Under the pieces are notes generated by a model. The model was given only the letters and a program-made list of their open reading frames with translations, ran no database searches and was not told the origin of the DNA. From Chrysomallon squamiferum (taxonomy: Eukaryota; Animalia; Mollusca), in contig CM022678.1 of assembly GCA_012295275.1 (NCBI GenBank), positions 6,448,001-6,512,000 on the forward strand: a stretch of DNA of 64,000 bases. The letters run 5' to 3'. A program made the translations under genes and the position numbers. Below, piece by piece: positions 25,559 through 38,597 of the stretch (position 1 is its first letter; every line of letters begins with the position of its first letter).

Positions 25559-27196
25559 CTTTTCGTAAAGACTGTCAGCCTCGTCCAAGGCAGACCTGAT
25601 CAAGTTGTCTGCTTTGTTGGTGATGTTGGACTTGGCGTATTTCTCTTTCTTTGCTGCTTCTTCGTCGTCGCCGTCTTCTTCTTCTGGTTTCCTCCTCTCT
25701 GTCTCTTCTTTGGCTTTCTTCTTCTTCTTCTGCTCCTGTTTCACCTGCGAGTCGGCAGTTTTCTCGGCAGACGTCTGCGTCTTTTCTTTCCTCGGCGTTT
25801 CTCTACTTTCGTGTCGTGTCTTGTCGGTTTCCATGCGTTCAGCCTGTTTCTGATCTGGAGTCTGTTTCTTCTCCTTCTGCGCTGGTTCCTCCTGTTTCCG
25901 TTTTTCTTTCACTTTCTCTTTCTCTTTCTCTTTCCCTTCTGGTTTGTCTTTAACTGGCTTCTCTTCGCGTTTCAATTCAGGCTTGTCTTCCTGCTTCGTC
26001 TTCTCTTCCTGTTTCGAATGGGTCTTTTCCCCTTGCTTTGGTGGAACCTTCTCTTCTCGTTTTGGCTGTGTTTTCTCAACTGGTTTCTTATCTGCCTCTT
26101 TTGTTTGTAGTTTATCTTCCTGTTTTGGCTTTGTCTTCTCTTCTTGTTTTGGCTTTGACTTCTCTTCCTGTTTTGGCTTTGTCTTCTCTTCTTGTTTTGG
26201 CTTTGTCTTCTCTTCTTCTTTGTTTTTCTTCTTGTTTTGGCTTTGACTTCTCTTCCTGTTTTGGCTTTGACTTCTCTTCCTGTTTTGGCTTTGTCTTCTC
26301 TTCTTGTTTTGGCTTTGTCTTCTCTTCCTGTTTTGGCTTTGACTTCTCTTCTTGTTTTGGCTTTGTCTTCTCTTCTTGTTTTGGTACTGCTTTTTCTTCC
26401 TGTTTTGGCTTTGACTTCTCTTCTTGTTTTGGCTTTGTCTTCTCTTCTTGTTTTGGTACTGCTTTTTCTTCCTGTTTTGGCTTTGACCTCTCTTCCTGTT
26501 TTGGTACTGCTTTTTCTTCCTGTTTTGGCTTTGACTTCTCTTCCTGTTTTGGTACTGCTTTTTCTTCCTGTTTTGGCTTTGACTTTTCTTCCTGTTTTGG
26601 TTTTGCTTTTTCTTCCTGTTTTGGCTTTGCCTTTTCTTCATGTTTTGGTTTTGCCTTTTCTTCCTGTTTTGGCTTCAATTTCTCTTCCTGCTTTGCCTTT
26701 GATTTCTCTTCCTGTTTTGGCTTTGCCTTCTCTTCCTGTTTTTGCTGTGGCCTCTCTTCTTGTTTTGGTTTAGCTTCCTGTTTCAGCTCTACCTTTTCTT
26801 CCTGTTTTGGCTTTGCTTTTTCTTCCTGTTTCAGTTTGGGCTTCTCTTCCTGTTGTTGTTTTGCTGTTTCTTCCCGTTTTGGCTTCACCTTGTCTTCCTG
26901 TTTTGATTTTGCCTTTTCTTCTTGTTTTGGTTTTGCCCGTTCTTCCTGTTTTGGCACTGGCTTCTTTTCTTCATGTTTTTGCTTTGCATCGTGCTTTAGT
27001 GACTTATCTTCTTGTTTTCCTTCATCCCTCTGTCCAGATTCCTCAGTTCTGGTTTTATCATACTCGCTCTTTTCATCTTCGACATCAACATCAGCATCAT
27101 CGTTTGTTGTGGGTGGAATGATATTTTTAGTTGCTTCCATAAAATTGTGAACAGCAACAAGAATGTCTGGATGGAAATATTTGATCATTATGTGAT
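25559..27196 (-). CDS. ASPH: ASPH large lumenal exon with K/E/Q-rich 8-aa tandem repeat; one frameshift near 26220
   Basis: TTTCAG|(D)HIMIKYFHPD... then ~35 x KPKQEEKx, ending KYAKSNITNKADNLIRSALDEADSLYEK|GTATCC. ORFs 26112..27188 and 25535..26641 join by removing one base at 26219-26221. Confidence 0.88.
26110..26960 (-). repeat. 24 bp coding minisatellite (AAGCCAAAACAGGAAGAGAAGTCA-like)
   Basis: On the + strand TTTTGGCTTTG(A/T)CTTCTCTTC(C/T)TG is repeated with 24 bp period. Confidence 0.92.
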
Positions 27197-27216
27197 CTGA
27201 AAAATAAATAAATAAA

Positions 27217-27259
<43 letters not shown>

Positions 27260-27451
27260 TAATACATAAACTGAAACAATTTAATAATAAGAAAATATAA
27301 CTAAAATATAATAAAAATAGAATGAATAACTAGTGCCAGTTCAGAATTAATTACTGCATCCAAATATTTACAAAAGCTAGTATGAGTAATGAAATGTCTA
27401 TATCTTTACATCATCTGAAACAAAATGAAAACGGTACAAAATATATATATA

Positions 27452-27518
<67 letters not shown>

Positions 27519-27569
27519 GTGCAGGGTTTATGGTATGTGTTCTTTTCTTATCTGTATGTGGGCATATAC

Positions 27570-27620
<51 letters not shown>

Positions 27621-28096
27621 TTAAATATTATGTATGAATCTATATTATGTATAAGTGTGCGTGTTTATTTGTATCTGTATACAGGTGAGTTTTATTTGTT
27701 CATTTACCTGCCTGTCTATGTATAACATAACATCTATAACACATACATCTGTTGGTAAACATCTGTATATAAAATAAATATATATATATATAAATTATGT
27801 GTCATTTCAGAAATAAAACTAATTTGTCAGAACTACCTGTAAATACAGTTAAAATAATACAGGTAAAACACACCTGTAATTATTCAACTTGTCAGTTTTA
27901 TATTAAATACCTGAATTTGAGATATATAAAAACAACATTAAATTATATTTCTTTTTTACCTGTGTGTTAATCCATAAAAGAAAGTTAACGCCTGAATACA
28001 TTTGCATAAATAATTATTACCTGTTTAACCCTATCTCTCTCATCTGTTCTTTGTTTTTGTTTTACTTTATTATTCTATTTTTTTATTTATTTAATC

Positions 28097-28141
<45 letters not shown>

Positions 28142-28282
28142 TTCCTTCAACAAGACAGCACATACCATAGACTCTGTCTGTGTAATAAATAAATTAATAT
28201 TTTTCTAGTTTATTTTATACAGCATCTCTTCTGTTCACTAATATCTTTCATGGATCAACAGAATTAAATAAAGTATAAAATT

Positions 28283-28329
<47 letters not shown>

Positions 28330-28333
28330 CTAT

Positions 28334-28370
<37 letters not shown>

Positions 28371-28467
28371 GTTACTACAATGAAAATAATAATAATAAAC
28401 ATTAACAAAATACAAAAGAATGAATGCAATAAAGAGAAGAATTGAAATGAAACACAAAATTAATAAT

Positions 28468-28501
<34 letters not shown>

Positions 28502-29104
28502 GGAGTAATAACAAAATTGCATTACAAAAGAAGAACCTATGCATAAAAAAAAAAAAAAAAAAAAGTTAAATGAAATGAAAGCATAACATTAAATCTAGAA
28601 AATAAAAAACACAAAATAAAGAAAAACAATTTGATGAATATAATCAGTAAAATAAAAACTAAACAAATTAAATAAAACAAATAAAATAAAATTCAAACCA
28701 GAGGTTAATTTAAAAACAAATAAATGAAACAATGAAAAATAATTTTAAAATAATTTAGAAAAACAATAATGTAGAACAAAAATTAATTAAAAACAAATAA
28801 ATAATATAAAATAAATTAAATTAAATTAAAAAAAAAAAAGAAGAAAAACAAGAACTTTAAAACAAATAAATATGAAACAAAACATTTCACAGTTATGTGT
28901 TTTCCCATCTAGTGAAAATTTATATGTGATAAAAAATGTTTTTGTTTTTCCTTCTTTTGTTGAATAAAAGAGGTCAAGTATGTAAATAAATAAAATACTT
29001 TTCTGTCATTCTGTATAAGTACAAAAATGTTAAAAATTGTTTTTTAAAAGAATTGGTCAAAAATTATTCTAATGTATCAAAAAATATATAGTTCTTTCTG
29101 CAAT

Positions 29105-29880
29105 GATACTATATAATTATAAAATAAATACTGAATCACATATTAAATAAAATATTTCTTTTTCAGCATTAGATAACCCATATAATTATATATATATATA
29201 TATATATATAATTTAATTTACTGAATTAGAAAAATTAAAATTGTATTCTATTGAAACATGACTTTATAATTATAAAATAGATATGTGTCTTGTCAGTATA
29301 TAAATAAAATATTTTTCTATTTTTGTGAGATAACCATGTAATTATATATTAAATATTTATTGAATCAATCATCAAACTAAAATATTATTCTGTCCTTGCA
29401 TTATTTTATAATTATAAAATAAATATGTATCTTATCTTTCATTAAAAGAAATATTTTTCTATTTTTGTAAGATAACTATCAACTTAACTATTACATATTT
29501 ATCTGACTTGGTCATCAAACTAAACTATTATTCTAGCTATAATATAGACATATATTTTTTTGTCCATCATTAAATAATATATTTTTCTATCCTTATAAGA
29601 TAACCACATAATTATTTATTAAATATCTATTTGACTCAGTTATTAAATTGTTATTCCATCATAATATTATAATACCATAATTATACTATTAAATAAGATT
29701 CCATCGTTATAAAATAACCAGATAATTATACATTAAACAGACTGATTTAGTTATTAAACAAAATATTTATATCTCCTTATTAGATAACTCTGTATTTATA
29801 TATTAAAATAAACATAAAATAAACTAGTTCTTATTCCATTTATGATAACCCTGTAATAATATATTAAACATATTTTTGAT
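29105..29880. repeat. Old degenerate AT-rich tandem repeat
   Basis: Recurring TATAATTATAAAATAAATA...AAATATTTTTCTA...AGATAACC..ATAATTATA blocks. Confidence 0.55.
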
Positions 29881-30628
29881 AAATAACAATATTTCATCTT
29901 CTTCAAAATCATTAGTGACGGTGTTATTAACTATGAAGATTTGTACAGAATAATCCATTTTATCCATGAACCATGGCAGATTTTCTCCCTTTGAATTGTT
30001 AATTACTGAGAGATAATTAAGTTAAAAGTGTTGTGAATATCATATTCAGTCATTATAAAAGTAAAGCTGGGTACATTGTGAGCAGAGGAAGTAGTCTGTG
30101 ACTGTATATTGATTTGCCATAGCAACCATGTTAAAAGCAAATCAAAATATTGATATGGTTAATGATAATTGTGTATTTAGAATATTGTTTATTGTTAAAT
30201 TTATTTTTTGGTGGCGGGCTTTGGTGTGCATGTGTGTATGTGTGTATATGTGTGCATGTGTGTTCGTTTATATCAAAGCCAGTCTGCATGTATAAAATAT
30301 ACATCTCTGTGAAAATTAATTTTACAAATTTCTGGTAAATAACAAAAAATTTTAGAATCAGACAAAATCAAAAATAAATTGCAACAGATAAAACCTAAAT
30401 GAGAGAGAGAGAGAGAGAGAGAAGAGAGAAGAAACAATTAGACAGACTGAGAGATGAAAAATTAGAGAATGGAAGAGAAAAACAGAATGTCAAGAAAGAG
30501 AAAAAAGAAGAAACAAGAAAGAAAGAAATAAAAGAAATAGAGAAACAGAAACAGTGTCTTGAGCTGAAGTCTAAATAATAAAGATCACAAAAATATTAAA
30601 ATAAAGAAAAAAAAAAATAAAGAAAGAG

Positions 30629-30660
<32 letters not shown>

Positions 30661-31072
30661 ATACGGCTTGCATCCCTGCAGATATCTCTACCTAAGTAAA
30701 AATTGCCATCAACCAATAAACTGAAAGAAATGGATGACCTGATGTTAATAAAGATAAAAACATTGTTAACCACTGTGTTTTAGGCACAGATGTTGTTAAT
30801 ATATAGATTTTTTTAGGATCTAGGACATTAGAAAATTATTGTGTTCATACGAATTATTCAAAACGTTTTATCTTCATATCAATCTTTTTCTGTTTATAAC
30901 TAAAATGCATAACATTGAATGTATTTTAATATTAATGCATAACATTTGCTTTTTAAAGGATTAATGAAGCACATTAAATACAAATGCATAAATTTCTAAA
31001 ATGAAAACATAGGCAAAATTTTTAATGTTTTAGGTTTTTAATTTTAATTTTAGTTTCTGAATATATCTCAGT

Positions 31073-31105
<33 letters not shown>

Positions 31106-31489
31106 AATAATAATAATGATAACTATAATGAAAATGGCAACAACAACAGCAGCAGCAGTAGTAATCACAATGACATCAAAAAATAATAAAAACAGAAATT
31201 GCCTGACGCTGATGAGTAAAATGGATGCATTTTAAAACCAAAATTGGACTCAAAAACCAAGAAAAAAATTTCATATGGAGGCCAGTTATATTAGATAATA
31301 ATATTAACATTAAAATACATTCAAATGTATATGATAATCAGTTGATGCTCAAGACAGGAATTATTAAAGCTAAAACAGACAGTAATTCTATATTAATGAA
31401 GTTTATAATATTATGAACTGTAAAACTAGCATACGTTTTGTTTTTTTTCACCTTACAAATAACTTTATACACTGCAAGACTATTTTAGT

Positions 31490-33214
31490 CATTAAATCTT
31501 AACATGAACCGTATAGGATTTCCAGGTATTTGTCATTTCTTTAAATATTCACTATAACTTTAAGAACTAATGTACACCTTGCTATTAAACATTTGATTCA
31601 ATGAACAGGTAGATATTTATTTAGTTTATTAAATCTAGTAGATATGTTTTTGTCATTTTATAAAATCTTAACTGTAACTTTAAGAATTAATATACATTTT
31701 GTTATAAACTAATAATTTTATGAACTAGTATGGAGTTAATATTAAGCATAACTTTATGAACTAGTATGTTTTTTGCTATTAAGTCTTACATATAACCTTA
31801 TGAATTAGAATATATTTAGTGTATCAGATTTTATCTATAACTTTATGAACTAGTATACATTTAGTTAAATTGTGTTTATAACTTTATCAACTCGTATGTA
31901 TTTAGTAAAAAAATTTTACCAGTAACTTTATGAATAGTAAACATAGTATAAGCTGTGTTTAAAACTTTATAAACTGGTATATATATTTAGTTATTAAATT
32001 TTACCTATAACTTCATGAGTAGCATACATAGTATAAATTATAACTTTATAAACTGGTATATATTTAGTTAAACATTTTACCTATAGCCTTACGAACTAGT
32101 ATATATATATATTTAGTTATTAAATCTTACCTATATCTTTGTGAACAGTATACTTAGTATAAACTGTGTTTATAACTTTATAAACTGTGTTTATAACTTT
32201 ATAAACTGGTATATATTTAGTTATTAAATCTTACCTATAACTTTAAGAACGAGTAAATGTTTCATTAAATCGTGACTATAACTTTACAAAATGGTACATA
32301 TTTAGTTATTAAATCTTACCTATAGCTTTGTGAACTAGTATACTGTATATATTTAGTTATTAAATCTTACCTATAGCTTTGTGAACTAGTATACTGTATA
32401 TATTTAGTTATTAAATTTTACCTATAGCTTTGTGAACTAGTATACTGTATATATTTAGTTATTAAATCTTACCTATAGCTTTATGAACTAGTATACTGTA
32501 TATATTTAGTTATTAAATCTTACCTATAGCTTTGTGAACTAGTATACTGTATATATTTAGTTAATTAAATTTACCTATAGCTTTGTGAACTAGTATACTG
32601 TATATATTTAGTTATTAAATCTTACCTATAACTTTGTGAACTAGTATATGTATATATTTAGTTATTAAATTTTACCTATAGCTTTGTGAACTAGTATACT
32701 GTATATATTTAGTTATTAAATTTTACCTATAGCTTTAACTAGTATAACTAAATATTTAGTTATTAAATCTTACCTACAGCTTTATGAACTAGTATACTGT
32801 ATATATTTAGTAATTAAATCTTACCTACAGCTTTATGAACTAGTATACTGTATATATTTAGTTATTAAATCTTACCTATAGCTTTATGAACTAGTATACT
32901 GTATATATTTAGTTATTAAATCTTACCTATAGCTTTAAGAACATCTAATCATTTCATTAAATCGTGACTATAACTTTACAAAATGGTACTTATTTAGTTA
33001 TTAAATCTTACCTACAGCTTTATGAACTAGTATACTGTATATATTTAGTTATTAAATCTTACCTATAGCTTTGTGAACTTTAAATATTTAGTTATAAAAT
33101 CTTACCTATAACTTTACGAATGAGTAAACATTTAATTAAATCGTGACTCTAACTTTATGAAATGGTATCACTATACCTTTACAAAATGGTACATATTTAG
33201 TTATTAAATCTTAC
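31490..33214 (-). repeat. 51 bp tandem array built from ASPH TM-exon end + donor
   Basis: + strand unit TTATTAAATCTTACCTATAGCTTTGTGAACTAGTATACTGTATATATTTAG, i.e. minus GTTCACAAAGCTATAG|GTAAGATTTAATAACTAAATAT, versus the true junction GTTCACAGAGCTATAG|GTAAGATTTAATAACTAAATAT. About 14 near-perfect copies at 32300-33080, decaying towards 31490. Confidence 0.92.
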
Positions 33215-33442
33215 CTATAGCTCTGTGAACTGCTGGACTGCTGTACAGAATTGCACCTCCAGCCACCAGTGAACTTATAACAAAAATTAAAACCCATTTC
33301 CTTGATGAGCCGCTTTTTTGAGGTTTTGCTTTTTCCTTGTGTTTAGTCTGCGAAGGACTCGGGCTAGGCAATTTTTTGTTCTGTTTTCCTCCGTTTTTCT
33401 GTTGTTCATTTGAACTGTTCTGAGGTTTTGGAGACTTGTCAC
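33215..33442 (-). CDS. ASPH: ASPH exon: cytosolic basic segment and type II transmembrane anchor
   Basis: TTTTTAG|(G)DKSPKPQNSS...KSGSSRKWVLIFVISSLVAGGAILYSSPAVHRAI G|GTAAG, 228 nt, phase 1 to 1, matching the phase of the next exon. Confidence 0.88.
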
Positions 33443-34826
33443 CTAAAAATAAATAAATATATATGTAGATAAAATGCATATATTTTCAAAATGGTCGTTG
33501 AAGAGTATACTTCACATTATCTTGTGCATGAGGGACTGTTAGTTTATTTATTCTGAAAACTGTTACAAAAAGAACCTTCAGATAAAATCAGTTTTCTTTT
33601 TTTATATGAAGATTACAGAAAAATGGCAAAGTTAAAAGATTTCGTAAATCCTTCATACTTTATTGTTATTTATGACTAAATGGCAAACAAAAAACCAAAA
33701 TAAAATAAAATAAAATAAAACTTGGAAAGGTGTTGAATATATTTAAAATACTGCTTTGTATCAACACAAATATTCTTTAAAGCAAAAACATAGGTAAACA
33801 ATCTGAATAATATCATAAACCCTCTGAAATAACATTTCCTCCACATTATTATTATTTTTTTTTTTTTTTGTTATCACATACCTGTATCGTAAGAAAACAT
33901 TTCACTTCTAAATATATTTACGCACCAACCATGTCTTAAATCGAGTTTTCAATGTGATTTAATCTGCTTCATCAAAAAGTAGCAAAACATTGCCCTGCCC
34001 ACCAGCTTTGACTCCACGACAGCGACAAATATATTTTAGTAGATTTTAATCAATTTCAGTTTTACCAGCTGTTTCGTCAATAAAAGTGACTGACATTTTA
34101 ATTACCTCATGTTGCCTGAACATTCATAGTTTTTTTTGTTTTTTTGTTGTTGTGTTTAGCAAGATGTTGTGAAATAGCAGCTGAATATAATTTATAATGT
34201 CGAAAATAAATGATTAGGACATTATTACAACTTTATATAAATGACAAATCAGAAATATAGACTGTATGCATTAGTTATTTTGTTGTTTTTTTTTAAATTT
34301 TGTTTTGTTTTTTTATTTTGTTTTAATTTTATTTTATTTATATATTTTTTTTTTTTTTTCTTTTTTTTATGATTATTATTATTATCACTTTTTTTTAGGA
34401 TATTTGTATTTGATAGTAAAGGTTTAATTTTATTTATTGTTTTTTTATTACATTATTCAAACATTTTTTTTTTTTTTTTTTTTATGTTCAGGTGTATAGT
34501 ACATTTATTTTATGGACAATTTTTTTTTTTTTTTTTTTAATGTTACTACAGAAAAAAAAGAAGAAGAGGAAATTTACATATCTATATACATACTTCTTAT
34601 TTATTATTATTAGTTTTAAACTAGATTAAAAGTCACTTGTGGTGTGCTCAAAGGATATCTGATTATTTAATGACTTTTCCATGTGTTCATATTTATTTTA
34701 CCTTTATCCATTTTTAACATTATTCTTATTTCTTGGATAAATTATATATATATATATATATGTGTTTATTTTTTTAAATTTTACTTTGTCATTTGATTTG
34801 ATATAAAATGTAATAAATGTGCATGT

Positions 34827-34905
<79 letters not shown>

Positions 34906-35538
34906 AAACATCATTTATTCATTTATATTTTTAAAGTTAACTATATCACTCTTGGGAAGTACTGCATGGTTATTATTTACTTTAAAAAAGTAATAAATAA
35001 AAAATATGCAGTTTAATATGTGAGTGCATGTTTTGTGTGTAATACACAGACACATACACACATATAAATAGTTAATTATTGAACAAAGACTACAATTGAA
35101 TTTCTTAAAATATTATTAAAGCTGACACTTCTTCAGAGATTATAAAACACATAGAGACAAATAAGCAAATATAATAAAATATAAAATAAAATAAATCAAG
35201 TTATTAAATAATAAATATCAAATACAAAACTTCAGACCATGTTATTTGTTTTTTCTTCATTTCTACAATTGTAGCAGTATCGTATTTTTAACATGATTGC
35301 TTACGGCAGAAACAGAAGTAAATAATTAATAATACTAATTAATAAGTTAATAAACAGATTTTATATGTAATCTATGATCTAGGTAAGTTTGCTGTTCCAA
35401 ATAACACTCAAAAAATAAGTAAGAAAAACGTAAATTGAAGGGATATTCAAAAATGTGAAAGAAACTGAGACATTTATGGCACAAAGTCAAAGATAACAAG
35501 AAGCTTTTTCTTTGATTTTATGACGACTGTCACTTTAC

Positions 35539-35597
35539 CAATCTTCCTAGTTCTTGCTGGACTCAGGTTTAGTAAAGTTTCGATATAAACTATTTTA
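35539..35597 (-). CDS. ASPH: Probable first coding exon of ASPH (no ATG; CTG at 35566)
   Basis: TTTTACGCTCAG acceptor, ...AAC CTG AGT CCA GCA AGA ACT AGG AAG ATT G|GTAAAG = (L/M)SPARTRKI G, phase 1, in frame with the next exon. Confidence 0.5.
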
Positions 35598-35692
35598 CTG
35601 AGCGTAAAAATAAACGGTAAATATACATTATTCCAAAATGCACTCACTACGAGAATTTTGAGAATTATGCTTCTTCTTCGAACCCATCTCAC

Positions 35693-35890
35693 CCGCTTCT
35701 CTTTTAATTTAATTTATATTTTTTTCCGCTGATTTTAAATCAGTGCATGCTACTTGTCACATAAACAAACAAAACGTCAACGTGGGTAGTAAAAGCGGAA
35801 GTGGTTAGAAGCGCCCCCTCTCGTATAATCTCATGACCACTTAAATGAGACTTGGATTCGAAGTTAAAATTATTTCCGCGCCTTCTTTCA
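35693..35890 (-). promoter_or_regulatory. Putative ASPH promoter / first non-coding exon
   Basis: ETS site GCGGAAGTGG (35795-35804), CTCF-like GCGCCCCCTCTCG (35811-35823), and minus-strand donor CGG|GTGAGA at 35692. Confidence 0.45.
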
Positions 35891-36187
35891 AAATGCTAGT
35901 ATATAAACAAATAAAAAAATAAAAATTTTGGAAACTGTTGGTTTAACGACCTGTTCTTTTCTTTCTTTTTTCTTCATCTTATTTTTTGAAATTTTATTAC
36001 GTTCATTACAATTTTGTTGGTTTGAGGGTTTTTGTTTATATGTAAATAAGCCGTTACAATAGGATTACGTCATGAACATTATGACGAACATATATTGTGG
36101 TGCATTAAGCATTCATAAATGAAAGTTCTTAATTTAAACACAGGTAAAGTAATAAAAATTATACAAATAATATAAGAATATGTGTAA

Positions 36188-36276
<89 letters not shown>

Positions 36277-38270
36277 ATTTGTTATAACATTATTTAATAT
36301 GAAATGCAGACTACAGTATAAATTAGAAATTAGAAATATATATAGTAACAATAGAAACATTGATTTTCTGTTATTTGTTTATTTTAGTTTTTGTTTGTTT
36401 ATAGTTATATATATATATGTGCTCACGCACGTCATAAACATGTAGTTCTAATTGTCTGGGTTTTTGTTTTTTTTTTAATTGTTTTGCTGTTGTTGTTTTT
36501 GTTTTTTGTTGTTGTTTGTTGTCGCTGTTGTTGTTTGTTGTCGCTGTTGTTGTTTTTTCTCGTTTCAGAAATGCTTTTTAAAATATTTTTCATTTGATTT
36601 ATGTAAGTATGCTCAGTACATTTACATGTTAACAGGGTTCGTATTTCTAACAGTATTATGCAAAATTATCGACCTTATTCAGAATAATTCATAATCCATA
36701 GCTGTTGACAACTAATTTATTTTCGTGTTATAAATGTCCGGACAAGGCGCAGATCTGGTCATCGATTAATTATTCCCCCCTTGTTCTTTTGTGCACGTTT
36801 ACAGAGGGCGCTGTTTACCGAGATAATGCGGGGGGGGTAAATAAAAGGGAAATAATTTCATAGCAGAAGATAATTTTGAAGAGAAATTATGTAATAATAT
36901 ATTGCCACAGATATTATACGATAAATTAAAATTTATATTTTCAATAAATGGAAAACGACGACTACGACAACAACACAACCACCAATACTACTATTACTAG
37001 TAGTAATAATAAAATAATAACGAAAATTAATTATTTTTATAATTCTGAGAGAGAGAGAGAGTAAACTGTCGGATGTCACCGCACTGGATAATTTTGTCGG
37101 TTAGCAAATACGGATATTTTGTACAAGTTTCCAATTGAAATAATTAATTGATCCTATCAGAGATGACAAGAAGGGGAAATAACCAATGGGCTGCGTATAT
37201 ACATATATGCATTAGAGTTGTGTTTCATAAATATAAAAAGTAATTTATCAGCTAATATATATATATATAATCGTTTCTAACGTAATAATGCAGCAACAAT
37301 AATAACGACAATTAAGCTAATAAATCAGTATATAAAAATGTGCTTTCATTCTAATATCGCATTAATCTTTCTTTTCTTTTTTACTTTTGTTGTTGTTTGT
37401 TTGTTTGTTTTTTTAAATTAGATTAAAATTAATTATTGCAGGTAAAACCAACTGAACCATATGCTATCCATTATAAATCACAGACGCTTTCAGGTGGTTT
37501 TTACGTACTTCAAAACAACTCCCTCTGATTAGCACGTTATATATGTCTGTCTGACTGAATATAATTAAATTATAATGATTTTCTCACACACATACAAATA
37601 AAAAAAAAAGAAATGAAACGGAAGATAATTTACATTTATTCGACTAAATAACAAAAGTAAAATATAAAAATAAAGAGTAAACGAGTCAAATAAAAAGTCA
37701 ATCATGCGGTAACTTCCGGTATTTGAATAATTACATTCAAACCATACCTTTAACAAAACAAACCATTTTTTTATTTTTTTATTTTAAATATTGATCATAT
37801 TTATTATTGGAATTATTTATAGGCGTATTAATAAATTCGTTGTAATTTTTAACAACCCTTTCGTTTCTGATATGTGTTATACGTACTCAAATTGGTTTTG
37901 TTTTGCAGTGTTGACATTATTCTAGTTCGTAAATTGGCTTCCGTTGTATTCTGCCGCTAATCACAGAAAACATTCCACAGATGTTTTTTTTCATTTCTGG
38001 ATCAAGCAAATATCAAATATTTATTTACAATAAATATCATACAAATGCGTCTCAAAAGCCTTGTATGCAAAATGTTGCCCGTAATCATATTATTCTGACG
38101 AAGATATTTAAATTTATAAGGACCTATTTTGTCACACGCGTTGACATTTCGTAAATCGCCATGGAGGAAGACGAGACTAGCAATTATGTTGGTTAGCGAG
38201 AATTTAAAAATATTTTGAAGAAAATAATAGATATGCCCACGGATATATCGGATGTAACTTAACCAGAAAA

Positions 38271-38345
38271 ATGGTGAACACTTCGGATAAGTGTTTCACG
38301 CGATCTATACACACCGCCTTGGTTGTGTTGTTCTTTATTCAGCTG
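38271..38345 (+). CDS. NKAIN: Na+/K+-ATPase beta-interacting protein, exon 1
   Basis: AAAAATG: MVNTSDKCFTRSIHTALVVLFFIQL|GTAAGT, phase 0. NKAIN first exons end in ..QL. Confidence 0.85.
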
Positions 38346-38563
38346 GTAAGTATGGTTAGTGATAAATGGCTATATAACTCGCTTTACGAGTTAATATTAT
38401 GATATTGCTTCTAGACCCGCTATTGACTTCATCATGACTCAGACACGCTGCACCCTAAGTTAATGCTATATGCAGAATTAATATTAGAAAATGTATTTTT
38501 CGCCTAAACTGACGTAAGATGTCATCTTTTGGATCTTCGTATTAATTTATTTTTAATCTAAAA

Positions 38564-38597
<34 letters not shown>

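Noticed and set aside
25385-27150. Long + strand ORFs (241, 370 and 193 aa; FSSCFG repeats)
   Set aside because: Antisense shadows of the purine-rich ASPH repeat exon; their stop-free nature follows from the repeat.
34100-34130. Micro-exon-like CAG|GCAACATGAG|GTAAT as ASPH start exon
   Set aside because: Phase 2 donor; joining to the TM exon gives an immediate TGA.
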